From NCBI GenBank assembly GCA_017512495.1, contig JAFWGF010000041.1, positions 5,773-69,772 on the forward strand: a DNA stretch of 64,000 nucleotides. The letters run 5' to 3'. Of this stretch, positions 36,509 through 45,849 are shown piece after piece (the first letter of the stretch is position 1; the number at the start of each line of letters is the position of its first letter). Source of the stretch: Bacilli bacterium (lineage in GTDB: Bacteria; Bacillota_I; Bacilli_A; RF39; UBA660). A program made the translations under genes and the position numbers. The notes below the pieces were generated by a model that was not told the origin of the DNA, did not search any database, and worked only from the letters and a program-made list of their open reading frames with translations.

Positions 36509-37136
36509 AGAAGAATTTATAAAAGAATTAAAAAAAATCAATATATCATTATCAAATAAACAGTTAGATCAATTAGAAAAATTCTATAATTTATTAGTAG
36601 AATGGAATCAAAAGATTAATTTAACTAGAATAATCGAAAAAGAAGAAGTATATTTAAAACACTTCTATGATAGTCTTACTTTAAATAGGGTAGTAGATTT
36701 AAAAAATGTTGATACACTATGTGATATAGGTACAGGAGCAGGTTTTCCAGGAATTGTATTAAAAATAGCTTTTCCTAATTTAAAAGTAACTTTAGTTGAT
36801 TCACTACAAAAAAGAGTTAATTATTTAAATGAAGTAATTAAAGAATTGGAGTTAGACAATATAGAAGCAATTCACGTTAGAGGAGAAGAATTTAAGGGAA
36901 GTTTTGATGTAGTTACTTCTCGAGCAGTCGCCAATATAGAAAAATTAGTTAACTACACAATGCATTTAATATCTAAAGACGGAGTGTTTGTTGCTATGAA
37001 AGGTGATATTGATAATGAATTAACATCAGAAATAGAAAAGAAACTTAATAAAAAATATAGAATTATTCAAATAGAAAAATTTCTATTACCATACGAAGAT
37101 AGTAATAGAAGTCTAATTGTAATGAAAAACAAATAA
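36492..37136 (+). CDS. rsmG: 16S rRNA (guanine527-N7)-methyltransferase RsmG
   Basis: WNQKINLT, DIGTGAGFPGI and SRAVA motifs; 214 aa. An alternative start is at ATG 36501. Confidence 0.9.
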   Translation: MEKMNREEFIKELKKINISLSNKQLDQLEKFYNLLVEWNQKINLTRIIEKEEVYLKHFYDSLTLNRVVDLKNVDTLCDIGTGAGFPGIVLKIAFPNLKVTLVDSLQKRVNYLNEVIKELELDNIEAIHVRGEEFKGSFDVVTSRAVANIEKLVNYTMHLISKDGVFVAMKGDIDNELTSEIEKKLNKKYRIIQIEKFLLPYEDSNRSLIVMKNK

Positions 37137-37146
37137 TTAATTCATA

Positions 37147-37180
37147 AAAGTAACTTTAAATGTTACTTCTTTTTTTGTTT
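37147..37180 (+). terminator. Rho-independent terminator after rsmG
   Basis: aaagtaac-tttaaat-gttacttc followed by TTTTTTTG. Confidence 0.6.
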
Positions 37181-37256
37181 TTTAGTTGAAATAAAAAGTA
37201 AAATCAAGTATAATGCTAATATAGGGTAAATAAGAGAATAAAGAAAGGGGAATAAC

Positions 37257-38525
37257 ATGTATCCAGATACTAAAGATGAAGTAGTACAATTATATTTAGA
37301 TGATATTATTCCAAATAGGTTTCAACCAAGAGAAGTATTTGATGAAAAAGCCTTAAAGGAATTAGCTGTATCTATTAAAGAACATGGTGTAATTCAACCA
37401 ATAATTGTACGAAGTGTTAATGGCAAGTATGAAATAATAGCTGGTGAAAGAAGATATAAAGCTTCAGCTTTAGCTGGTCTTACTAAAATTCCCGCTATTG
37501 TAAGAGATTTAGATGATAAAGAAAGTTCAAAAGTAGCATTACTTGAAAACTTACAGAGAAGAAATTTAAACCCTGTAGAAGAAGCTAGAACATATCAAAA
37601 AATCTTAGAAATAGATCAAATGACTCAAGAAGAACTAGCTAGAACAATGGGAAAAAGTCAATCAGCTGTTGCTAATAAAATAAGATTACTTTCTTTACCA
37701 GATGAAATACAAGAATACTTATTAAAAGAAGAATTATCAGAAAGACATGCTAGAGCATTACTTAATATAGAAGATCCTGAAAAGCAAAAAGAAATGGCTA
37801 AGAAAGTCATTGAAAATAAAATGAGTGTTAGAAGCTTGGAAGATGAAATAAAAGTAATGTTAGGAAAAGCTCCAAAAGAAGAAAAAAAAGAAGAAGAAGT
37901 ACCTGAAGTAATAGCGTCAACGAGTGCTTTTGTTAATGATAATCCCTTGAGTATAACAGCTAAATTAGAAGAAGAAAAATCTAATTATGGAAAAGTAACT
38001 ATTGCTCCACCAGAAGGAGAAGAAAATACGATGGGGAAATTTATTAATTATGGAGAAATAGACAAAGAAGAAGAAAAGGAACCATTACCTATTCCTAATG
38101 AAACTACATCAATTAATGTTAATGAGATAAAAGAAAATACTAATGATGTTAAAAATGTAGATAGTAATAATGCTTTAGATAGCTTATTAAACTTAGGAAA
38201 TCCAACATCTTCGGTACCATCAACAGAATTTATAACTCCAGCAGAAAAAATAGTAAAAACAGATTCAATTGATGATGTAGACGATAAGTCATCTGATTAC
38301 TTTAATACTTCAGATTTATCTTCAATAGAATTACCACAAAATGTAATAAATCCTGTAGAAGAAGAGATTTCAGAAAAATACACTGTTGAAGAATCTGTTA
38401 CAAAAATAAAAGATTTGATTGATGATTTAAAAAATCATGGAATAAATGTTAATGCAGATGAAATGGATTTTGAAAAATCATATCAAATAATCATAAAAAT
38501 AGATAAACCAGAAAACAAAGAGTAG
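37257..38525 (+). CDS. noc: Noc-like ParB-family protein with a long acidic low-complexity insertion
   Basis: ParB N-domain IIPNRFQPR...GVIQPIIVR...IIAGERRYKAS. The HTH region GKSQSAVANKIRLLSLP...ELSERHARALL carries Noc-type residues (KSQ, ANK, ERHAR), as in B. subtilis Noc. The C-terminal block ...GINVNADEMDFEKSYQIIIKIDK resembles the Noc C-terminus. The gene sits between rsmG and soj, as in Bacillus. Confidence 0.8.
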   Translation: MYPDTKDEVVQLYLDDIIPNRFQPREVFDEKALKELAVSIKEHGVIQPIIVRSVNGKYEIIAGERRYKASALAGLTKIPAIVRDLDDKESSKVALLENLQRRNLNPVEEARTYQKILEIDQMTQEELARTMGKSQSAVANKIRLLSLPDEIQEYLLKEELSERHARALLNIEDPEKQKEMAKKVIENKMSVRSLEDEIKVMLGKAPKEEKKEEEVPEVIASTSAFVNDNPLSITAKLEEEKSNYGKVTIAPPEGEENTMGKFINYGEIDKEEEKEPLPIPNETTSINVNEIKENTNDVKNVDSNNALDSLLNLGNPTSSVPSTEFITPAEKIVKTDSIDDVDDKSSDYFNTSDLSSIELPQNVINPVEEEISEKYTVEESVTKIKDLIDDLKNHGINVNADEMDFEKSYQIIIKIDKPENKE

Positions 38526-38548
38526 ATTGATAAAAATCTACTTTTTTT
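38522..38548 (+). terminator. Rho-independent terminator after noc
   Basis: GTAGAT-tgataaaa-ATCTAC followed by TTTTTTT; it overlaps the stop codon. Confidence 0.6.
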
Positions 38549-38617
38549 AATAAAAACATTTAAAAAAAAGCCAATATTTGATACAATAAAAAAGTAAATT
38601 GGAAAATGGGTGATTAG

Positions 38618-39406
38618 ATGGGAAAGATTATATCATTAGTAAATCAAAAAGGTGGGGTTGGTAAGACAACTACTAGTATCAATCTTTCTGCTTCATTGGC
38701 AGTATTAGGTAAAAAAACACTTTTAATAGATCTAGATCCTCAAGGAAATACAACAACAGGAGTAGGTATTAATAAAGGAGAAATTAATAAGAGTATTTAT
38801 GAGGTCCTAACTGGAGAATGTAATATTAATGAAGCAATAGTAAAAACAAAATATAAAGATTTTTATGTTATACCATCAACAATTAATTTAGCAGGATTAA
38901 ATGCTGAATTTTTAGAAAAAAGTAGAACTCAAGCAGGCTATAAAAAAGGAGAACAATTAAAGAACAGCTTAGCAGATATTAAAGATAGTTTTGACTATAT
39001 TATCTTAGATTGTCCACCAGCACTTGATGTTATTACTACAAATGCTTTAACAGCATCAAATTCTGTAATAATACCTGTACAATGTGAATTCTTTGCTTTA
39101 GAAGGAATCACTCAATTATTAAAAACAATTATGTTAGCTCAAAAAACATTAAATCCTAATCTAGATATTGAAGGAGTTTTATTAACAATGTTGGATTCTA
39201 GAACTAATTTAGGATTTGAAGTAGTAGAGGATATAAGAAGTTTCTTTAAAGAAAAGGTATATAATACAATTATTCCAAGATTAGTAAAGCTAACAGAAGC
39301 TCCATCACATGGAGAACCAATAATAACCTATGAACCAAAAAGTAGAGGTGCAGAAGCTTATCTAAATTTAGCAAAGGAAGTGATTGAAAGAAATGGAAAC
39401 AACTAA
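38618..39406 (+). CDS. soj: Chromosome partitioning ATPase Soj/ParA
   Basis: Deviant Walker A NQKGGVGKTTT, DLDPQGN and DCPP motifs; 262 aa. Confidence 0.95.
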   Translation: MGKIISLVNQKGGVGKTTTSINLSASLAVLGKKTLLIDLDPQGNTTTGVGINKGEINKSIYEVLTGECNINEAIVKTKYKDFYVIPSTINLAGLNAEFLEKSRTQAGYKKGEQLKNSLADIKDSFDYIILDCPPALDVITTNALTASNSVIIPVQCEFFALEGITQLLKTIMLAQKTLNPNLDIEGVLLTMLDSRTNLGFEVVEDIRSFFKEKVYNTIIPRLVKLTEAPSHGEPIITYEPKSRGAEAYLNLAKEVIERNGNN

Positions 39407-40304
39407 TATTTCTGAAAGTGGAATTCCTAAAAGAAGAGCTTTAGGAAAAGGTTTAGAAGAATTATTTAATAATGAAGTAATAGACTACAGTGCTGTAGAA
39501 GAAAAAATTGTTAATGAAACACCAAGAGAAGAAGTAGTAATGCTAAAATTAGATGAATTAAGAAGTAATCCATATCAGCCAAGAAAAATATTTGATCAAC
39601 AAGCTTTAAATGAATTAGCTGAATCTATCAAAGAACACGGTGTAATTCAACCAATAATTGCAAAGAAATCAATAAAAGGTTACGAAATAATAGCTGGAGA
39701 AAGAAGAGTAAAAGCATCTATAATAGCAGGATTAACAGAAATACCAGCAATCGTAAAAGACTTTAATGATACTCAAATGATGGAATTGGCTTTACTAGAA
39801 AATCTTCAAAGAGAAGATTTATCTGCTATTGAAGAAGCTACAGCTTATAAAAAATTACAGGAAACATTAGGATTAACTCAAGAAGAATTAGCAAAGAGAT
39901 TAGGTAAAAGTAGAAGCCATATAACAAATATGTTAGGATTATTATCTTTACCATCAGCTATACAAGAAAAAATAACAAATAAAGAATTATCAATGGGACA
40001 TGCTAGAGTATTAAGCAAATTACAAAGTGAAGAACAACAATTATCACTTGCAGAAAGAGTTATTTCAGAAGATTTAAGTGTAAGAGAATTAGAAAGAATA
40101 ACTATGGAACCAACTATAATAAAAACTAATCCTCAAAAGAAAAAAGAATCTAAGAATAATGAATATTCATATCTTCAATCAGAATTAAGTGAAAAATTAG
40201 GGACAAAAGTAGTGATAAAGAAAAATAAAATAGAAATTAGTTTTGTTAATGATAATGATCTAAATAGATTATTAGATTATATGAATATAGAGGTAGAAAA
40301 GTAA
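39393..40304 (+). CDS. spo0J: Chromosome partitioning protein ParB/Spo0J
   Basis: NPYQPRK, GVIQPIIAK and IIAGERRVKAS. The HTH GKSRSHITNMLGLLSLP...LSMGHARVL carries ParB-type residues (KSR, GHAR). I prefer the ATG at 39393; the ORF-track TTG is at 39384. Confidence 0.93.
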   Translation: METTNISESGIPKRRALGKGLEELFNNEVIDYSAVEEKIVNETPREEVVMLKLDELRSNPYQPRKIFDQQALNELAESIKEHGVIQPIIAKKSIKGYEIIAGERRVKASIIAGLTEIPAIVKDFNDTQMMELALLENLQREDLSAIEEATAYKKLQETLGLTQEELAKRLGKSRSHITNMLGLLSLPSAIQEKITNKELSMGHARVLSKLQSEEQQLSLAERVISEDLSVRELERITMEPTIIKTNPQKKKESKNNEYSYLQSELSEKLGTKVVIKKNKIEISFVNDNDLNRLLDYMNIEVEK

Positions 40305-40305
40305 T

Positions 40306-41115
40306 ATGATTACAGTATTAGGTTTAGAAATTGAATTAAAATTAATTATTGTTCCAATTATATACATAATTATAGGTATTATTTCTTTTAAAATACTAAA
40401 AAAAATAGTATCTAACCTAGTAAAAAGAAGAAATTTAAGAGTATCTCAAAAACAAAGAATTGAGACTTTAATTACATTAATTATTAATATTGTTAAGTAT
40501 ATGATAATTATATTCATAATATTAGCTATATTATCATTATATGGAGTTAATGTTAAATCAATTGTAGCTGGTTTAGGAATAGGAACAGCTGTAATAGGAT
40601 TAGCTTTTAAAGATTTAGCAACAGACCTTATTGCAGGATTTTCAATTATAACTGAAGGTGAATATGAAATAGGAGATACTATTGAAGTAGATGGCTTTAT
40701 GGGTGAAGTAGTATTCATTGGATTAAGAACAACTAGAGTTAGAGATTTTAAAGGAGCAACAAAGATAATTGCAAATCACTACATGGACAATATTATTAAT
40801 TATAGTGTACATAATTCATTGGCATTAATAGATGTATCAATAGCTTATGAATGTGATGAAGAAGCTATTGAGAAAGCTTTTGATAATCTAAAGAAGAATT
40901 TAAATGGAAAAATACCAAATGCTACTGGAGATTTGGAAGTATGGGGAGTACAATCATTAGCAGATTCTTCAGTAGTATATAGAGTAGTAGTTGAAACTAA
41001 GCCAATGAAACAATTTGAAACAGAAAGATTCTTAAGAAAAGAAATAAAGAAAGAGTTTGATAAATCAAAAATAAAAATACCATATCAACAAATAGAGGTG
41101 CATAATGGAAAATAA
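40306..41115 (+). CDS. Mechanosensitive ion channel (MscS family)
   Basis: Three N-terminal TM segments followed by the MscS beta-domain (IGDTIEVDGFMGEVVFIGLRTTRVRDFKG..KIIANH). Confidence 0.8.
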   Translation: MITVLGLEIELKLIIVPIIYIIIGIISFKILKKIVSNLVKRRNLRVSQKQRIETLITLIINIVKYMIIIFIILAILSLYGVNVKSIVAGLGIGTAVIGLAFKDLATDLIAGFSIITEGEYEIGDTIEVDGFMGEVVFIGLRTTRVRDFKGATKIIANHYMDNIINYSVHNSLALIDVSIAYECDEEAIEKAFDNLKKNLNGKIPNATGDLEVWGVQSLADSSVVYRVVVETKPMKQFETERFLRKEIKKEFDKSKIKIPYQQIEVHNGK

Positions 41116-41290
41116 GAATTACGATGTAGGATCAAAGGTTATAATGAAAAAACAACATCCTTGTGGTAGTAATAATTGGGAAATTGTTAGAGTAGGAGCA
41201 GATATAAAAATAAAATGTATTAATTGTGGAAGAACTGTTCTTATTCCTAGAATAGATTTTAATAAGAAATTAAAAAAAATAGTTGAATAG
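41105..41290 (+). CDS. DUF951 family protein (YyzM-like)
   Basis: 61 aa. VGSKVIMKKQHPCGSNNWEIVRVGADIKIKCINCGRTVLIPR is typical of DUF951. The family is usually found near ychF in Firmicutes. Confidence 0.75.
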   Translation: MENKNYDVGSKVIMKKQHPCGSNNWEIVRVGADIKIKCINCGRTVLIPRIDFNKKLKKIVE

Positions 41291-41303
41291 AAAGGATGTA
41301 AAA

Positions 41304-42899
41304 ATGAAAGATAAAAGAAGATTAAAATTAAAAAAGTTTTATTTTCATCCAATTACAGTATTTATATTTTTAACATTTTTAGTAGTAATATTAAGTGGAT
41401 TATTATCATTACTAGAAGTTCAAGCTACATACAGTACTGTTAATGTAAATACAAAAGAGCTTGATACAACATTAATAACTGTAGAAAACTTATTCTCATT
41501 TGATGGAATAAAATTTATAATTAGTAATGCAGCGAAGAATTTTCTAAGTTTTGGACCATTGGGAATGCTTTTATTATCATTAATTGGTATAAATGTAGCT
41601 GAAGGAACAGGATTTATAGAAACATTTACTAAAAGGCATTTAAGTAAGGTACCAAAATCAGTAATGACTTTCTTAGTAATATTTATTGCGATTACTTCAT
41701 CATTAATAAATGAAGTAGGATACGCAATTTTAATACCTTTAATGGCTTTAGTATATTTTATTAATAATAGAAATCCAATATTAGGTATTGTTACAGCTTT
41801 CTGTGGAGTATCATTTGGATATGGCGTATCTATATTTGTAGGATCTATGGAAGTAGCATTAATGGATTACACAAAATCAGCTGCTATGTTAATAGATGAA
41901 TCTACTCATATAGCTTTAACCTCAAATTTAATATTTATAATTGTAACAACAATAATTTTATCAATAGTAGGAACATTTATTATTGAAAAAATAATTGCTC
42001 CTAGAATTGGTAAATATAAGAAAGATGATGAGTTCTCTAAGACTGAGACATATAAAGCTATTAATATTGAAGAAGAAGAACAAAGATTAATAGAAAAAGA
42101 TAAATTAGAGAAAAAAGGATTAAGATCAGCTTTAATAGTATCAATATTAGTATTATTATTGTTTATCTATTCATTAATACCTAATTTACCTTTCTCAGGT
42201 ATGTTACTAGATATGAAAGAAACTATATATGTTAATCAATTATTTGGAGAAAATTCATATTTCCAAGATGGATTTACATATTTAGTATCATTAGTATTTA
42301 TCTTAGCAGGTATTGCTTATGGAATAGGAAGTAAGACAGTAAAGAATGATAAAGAAATAATAGAAAATGCTAGTAAGAAATTTGCTAATTTAGGAAGTAT
42401 CTTCATGTTAATTTTCGTTGTTGCACAATTCATTGCTGTATTTAGAAAAAGTAATATTGGTATGATAGTAGCTGCATGGTTAGCTAGTTTATTAGAACAC
42501 ATGAGTTTAAGTGGAATACCACTAATAGTAATCTCATTATTCTTAATAGCTCTATCTAACTTCTTATTAACTTCTCCAGCTAGTAAATGGATGATATTTT
42601 CACCAATAATGGTACCAATGTTTATGCAATCAAATATATCTCCACAATTTGCTCAAATAGTATTAAGAGCAGGAGATTCTATGACTAAAGGATTTACTCC
42701 TTTACTAGCTTCATTTGTAATTTATATAGGATATTTAAATATTTATAATTTACATAAAGATAAACCATTCACAATAAGAAAATCATTAAGTATGATAGCT
42801 CCATATTTTGTAATTATTTCAATAACATGGATACTTATCATAGTAGGATGGTATATTATTGGAATACCTATAGGACCAGGAGTTGGGCCTACTATATAA
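41304..42899 (+). CDS. AbgT family transporter (p-aminobenzoyl-glutamate transporter-like)
   Basis: Polytopic membrane protein with the AbgT-like N-terminal region (NFLSFGPLGMLLLSLIGINVAEGTGFIETFTKR). I prefer the start at ATG 41304. Confidence 0.65.
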   Translation: MKDKRRLKLKKFYFHPITVFIFLTFLVVILSGLLSLLEVQATYSTVNVNTKELDTTLITVENLFSFDGIKFIISNAAKNFLSFGPLGMLLLSLIGINVAEGTGFIETFTKRHLSKVPKSVMTFLVIFIAITSSLINEVGYAILIPLMALVYFINNRNPILGIVTAFCGVSFGYGVSIFVGSMEVALMDYTKSAAMLIDESTHIALTSNLIFIIVTTIILSIVGTFIIEKIIAPRIGKYKKDDEFSKTETYKAINIEEEEQRLIEKDKLEKKGLRSALIVSILVLLLFIYSLIPNLPFSGMLLDMKETIYVNQLFGENSYFQDGFTYLVSLVFILAGIAYGIGSKTVKNDKEIIENASKKFANLGSIFMLIFVVAQFIAVFRKSNIGMIVAAWLASLLEHMSLSGIPLIVISLFLIALSNFLLTSPASKWMIFSPIMVPMFMQSNISPQFAQIVLRAGDSMTKGFTPLLASFVIYIGYLNIYNLHKDKPFTIRKSLSMIAPYFVIISITWILIIVGWYIIGIPIGPGVGPTI

Positions 42900-42903
42900 A
42901 AAT

Positions 42904-42926
42904 AACCACACTTTGTGTGGTTTTTA
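42904..42926 (+). terminator. Rho-independent terminator after abgT
   Basis: AACCACAC-ttt-GTGTGGTT followed by TTT. Confidence 0.6.
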
Positions 42927-42977
42927 ATTGTTAGAAAAAGAAATAATTGATATAATAATTACAATAGGAGGGATAAT

Positions 42978-44678
42978 ATGAGAAGAAGAAATTTCGCTAG
43001 AAGAAAAAAACAAAGCGTAGTATCAATCATATTAGATTTAATTCTCATACTAGGAATAGGATATGCCGTTATCCAAAGTAATTTAAATATCAATGGAACA
43101 GCTAATATGGGTAATCCAAGATGGAATATTCATTGGGAAAATGTCCAAGTAAAAGAAGGATCAGTAAGTGCATCAACCCCAACAATTAATAGTGCTCAGA
43201 CTACGGTAACATATTCAGTAGTATTAAATATACCAGGAGACTATTATGAATTTACTGTGGATGCAGTTAACTCAGGTACAATAGATGGAATGATAGATAG
43301 TATTACATCAAAGCTAAATGGAGTAACAATAACCAATCTACCAAATTATTTAGAATATAAAGTAAGTTATGAAGATGGTGCTACTTTAGCAGTAAACCAA
43401 TTACTCGCAGCAAATTCTACAGAAACATACAAAGTAAGAATAAAATATCGTGATGATATAGAATTAAATCAAATACCCGCAACTAATCAGAGTTTACCAT
43501 TTCAATTCACAGTTAAGTATAAGCAAGCAGATGAAAATGCAACAAATATAAATAGATTATATAATGTCATAAAAACAGCAGCATCTCAAGGAACATATGC
43601 TAGAAAATATACAGGAGATCATCATGATTCTTTCACAGAGGAACCATCAAAGGATATCTATTATTGGTATGGAATTAATGATACAGGTGGAGCAGCAATA
43701 CTAGATAAAAACAATGTTATATTTGCTGGATTTTGTTGGCAAATGATTCGTACTACTGATACTGGAGGAGTAAAACTAATCTATAATGGTTTACCAAATA
43801 GTGGGCAGTGTAATAATAGTGGAACTGCTCAACAAATAGGAACATCAACATTTAATACTAATTATAATTCACCAGCTTATGTAGGATATATGTATAACCC
43901 AAGTACTTTGATAACATATAAAGAAAACAGTGCTGCAACAAGTGGAAGTCTATTTGGAACAGGAGTAACATATAACGGAGGGAACTATACTTTAACCAAT
44001 ACATCAACAACTTATGATGAGACCCATCACTATACATGTAACAATACAACAGGAATATGTGGCACAGTGCGATATTATTACTATTACAATTACTATACAG
44101 AAATAAGTAATGGGCGAACAATTGACCAATGCTTAACAGATATGTTAAGTGCAGACAATGTAAATCAAACTAATTCAACCATAAAAACAAATGTGGATAA
44201 TTGGTATGCAAACAACATGGTAAGTTACACATCTAAGTTAGAAGACACAATCTTTTGTAATGACCGAGGTATAAGGGATCTAGGAGGATGGAATCCAAAC
44301 GGAGGTAGTAAAGCATCATATTTACTATTTAAACATGGTAGTGCAAATAGTGATTTAAGTTGCACTAACATAACAGATCAATTTAGTTTAACAAATACAA
44401 AAGCCAAGTTAACATATCCAGTAGGATTACTAACATCCCCAGAAACAAACTTATTAAGTAATTCTAACGCAATAAAAACAGAGCAAGTTTACTGGCTCAT
44501 TTCACCAAGCAGTTTCTACAACGATAATGCTCTTGAACGTAGTGTCAAAACAACAGGTATCGTTACTAACTACATTATCAATTCTACTTATGGTGTTCGT
44601 CCTGCAATATCCCTAAAACCAGGAACTCTATACACAAGTGGTGATGGAAGTAAGAATAATCCATATATTGTAGAATAA
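42978..44678 (+). CDS. Hypothetical secreted protein; its N-terminal ~190-aa domain is paralogous to 48636..49643
   Basis: 566 aa. A basic N-terminus plus TM (SVVSIILDLILILGIGYAVIQSNLNINGTA) is followed by a domain sharing long identical strings with the 335-aa paralog (YEFTVDAVNSGTIDGM, TETYKVR). The C-terminal part is N/T/Y-rich and ends YGVRPAISLKPG...GDGSKNNPYIVE. Confidence 0.6.
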   Translation: MRRRNFARRKKQSVVSIILDLILILGIGYAVIQSNLNINGTANMGNPRWNIHWENVQVKEGSVSASTPTINSAQTTVTYSVVLNIPGDYYEFTVDAVNSGTIDGMIDSITSKLNGVTITNLPNYLEYKVSYEDGATLAVNQLLAANSTETYKVRIKYRDDIELNQIPATNQSLPFQFTVKYKQADENATNINRLYNVIKTAASQGTYARKYTGDHHDSFTEEPSKDIYYWYGINDTGGAAILDKNNVIFAGFCWQMIRTTDTGGVKLIYNGLPNSGQCNNSGTAQQIGTSTFNTNYNSPAYVGYMYNPSTLITYKENSAATSGSLFGTGVTYNGGNYTLTNTSTTYDETHHYTCNNTTGICGTVRYYYYYNYYTEISNGRTIDQCLTDMLSADNVNQTNSTIKTNVDNWYANNMVSYTSKLEDTIFCNDRGIRDLGGWNPNGGSKASYLLFKHGSANSDLSCTNITDQFSLTNTKAKLTYPVGLLTSPETNLLSNSNAIKTEQVYWLISPSSFYNDNALERSVKTTGIVTNYIINSTYGVRPAISLKPGTLYTSGDGSKNNPYIVE

Positions 44679-44687
44679 AGTAATGAA

Positions 44688-44712
44688 AATAATACCTTTA
44701 GGTATTTTTTTC
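44688..44712 (+). terminator. Rho-independent terminator after the 566-aa gene
   Basis: AATACC-ttta-GGTATT followed by TTTTTTT. Confidence 0.55.
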
Positions 44713-44747
44713 TTTGTGTTATAATAATTCCAGAAAAGAGGGATATT

Positions 44748-45848
44748 ATGAGTTTAACAGCAGGAATAGTAGGATTACCTAATGTAGGTAAATCAACTTT
44801 ATTTAATGCAATAACTAATCAAAAAATACTAGCAGAGAATTATCCTTTTGCTACTATAGAACCAAATGTAGGGGTAGTAACAGTACCCGATGAAAGAATG
44901 GATAGATTAAAAGAAATGTATGATCCAAATAGATTTATTCCAACAGCTTATGAGTTTACTGATATTGCAGGATTAGTAAAAGGAGCATCAAAAGGTGAAG
45001 GATTAGGTAATAAATTCTTAGCTCATATTAGAGAGACAGATGCTATTGTTGAAGTTGTTAGATGTTTTGATGATGGAAAAATTATTCACGTAGAGGGTGG
45101 AATAGATCCAATTAGAGATATAGAAACAATTAATCTAGAATTAGCAATTGCTGATTTAGATATTATCAATAGTAGACTAGAACGTGTTGCAAAAAAAGCT
45201 AGAACTACAAAAGATAAAGACGATATTTTAGAAACAGAAGTATTAGAAAAATGTAAAAAGGCTCTTGAAGAAGAAAAACCACTTCGTCAAATAGAATTAT
45301 CAGATGAGGAAAAGAAAATTATTAAATCATATAGTTTTTTAACTTTAAAACCAATTATCTATCTAGCAAATATAAAAGAAAGTGAACTAGGTAATCCTGA
45401 TAATGAATATGTAAAAATGGTAAAAGAATATGCATCTAAAGAGAATGCTAGAGTAGTTAGTTTATGTGCTAAAGTAGAAGAAGAATTAAGTGAATTAGAC
45501 CCTGAGGATAAAGAAGAAATGCTAGAAGGGTTAGGATTAGATGGTAGTGGTTTAGATAAACTTATTAAAGCTACTTATGATATTTTAGGACTTGCAACTT
45601 ATTTCACAGTAGGAAAAGATGAAGTAAGAGCATGGACATTCAAGAAAGGTATGAATGCTAAAGAATGTGCTGGTATTATTCATACTGACTTTGAAAAAGG
45701 TTTTATACGTGCAGAGGTAATATCATATGAAGACTTAATACAATATGGTAGTGAATTAAAAGTAAGAGAAGCAGGAAAGGCTAGAGTAGAAGGAAAAGAT
45801 TATTTAATGCAAGATGGAGATATCTGCCACTTTAGATTCAATGTTTAA
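44748..45848 (+). CDS. ychF: Redox-regulated ATPase YchF
   Basis: GIVGLPNVGKSTLFNA, DIAGLVKGAS and a C-terminal TGS-like domain ending ...GDICHFRFNV. Confidence 0.95.
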   Translation: MSLTAGIVGLPNVGKSTLFNAITNQKILAENYPFATIEPNVGVVTVPDERMDRLKEMYDPNRFIPTAYEFTDIAGLVKGASKGEGLGNKFLAHIRETDAIVEVVRCFDDGKIIHVEGGIDPIRDIETINLELAIADLDIINSRLERVAKKARTTKDKDDILETEVLEKCKKALEEEKPLRQIELSDEEKKIIKSYSFLTLKPIIYLANIKESELGNPDNEYVKMVKEYASKENARVVSLCAKVEEELSELDPEDKEEMLEGLGLDGSGLDKLIKATYDILGLATYFTVGKDEVRAWTFKKGMNAKECAGIIHTDFEKGFIRAEVISYEDLIQYGSELKVREAGKARVEGKDYLMQDGDICHFRFNV

Positions 45849-45849
45849 T

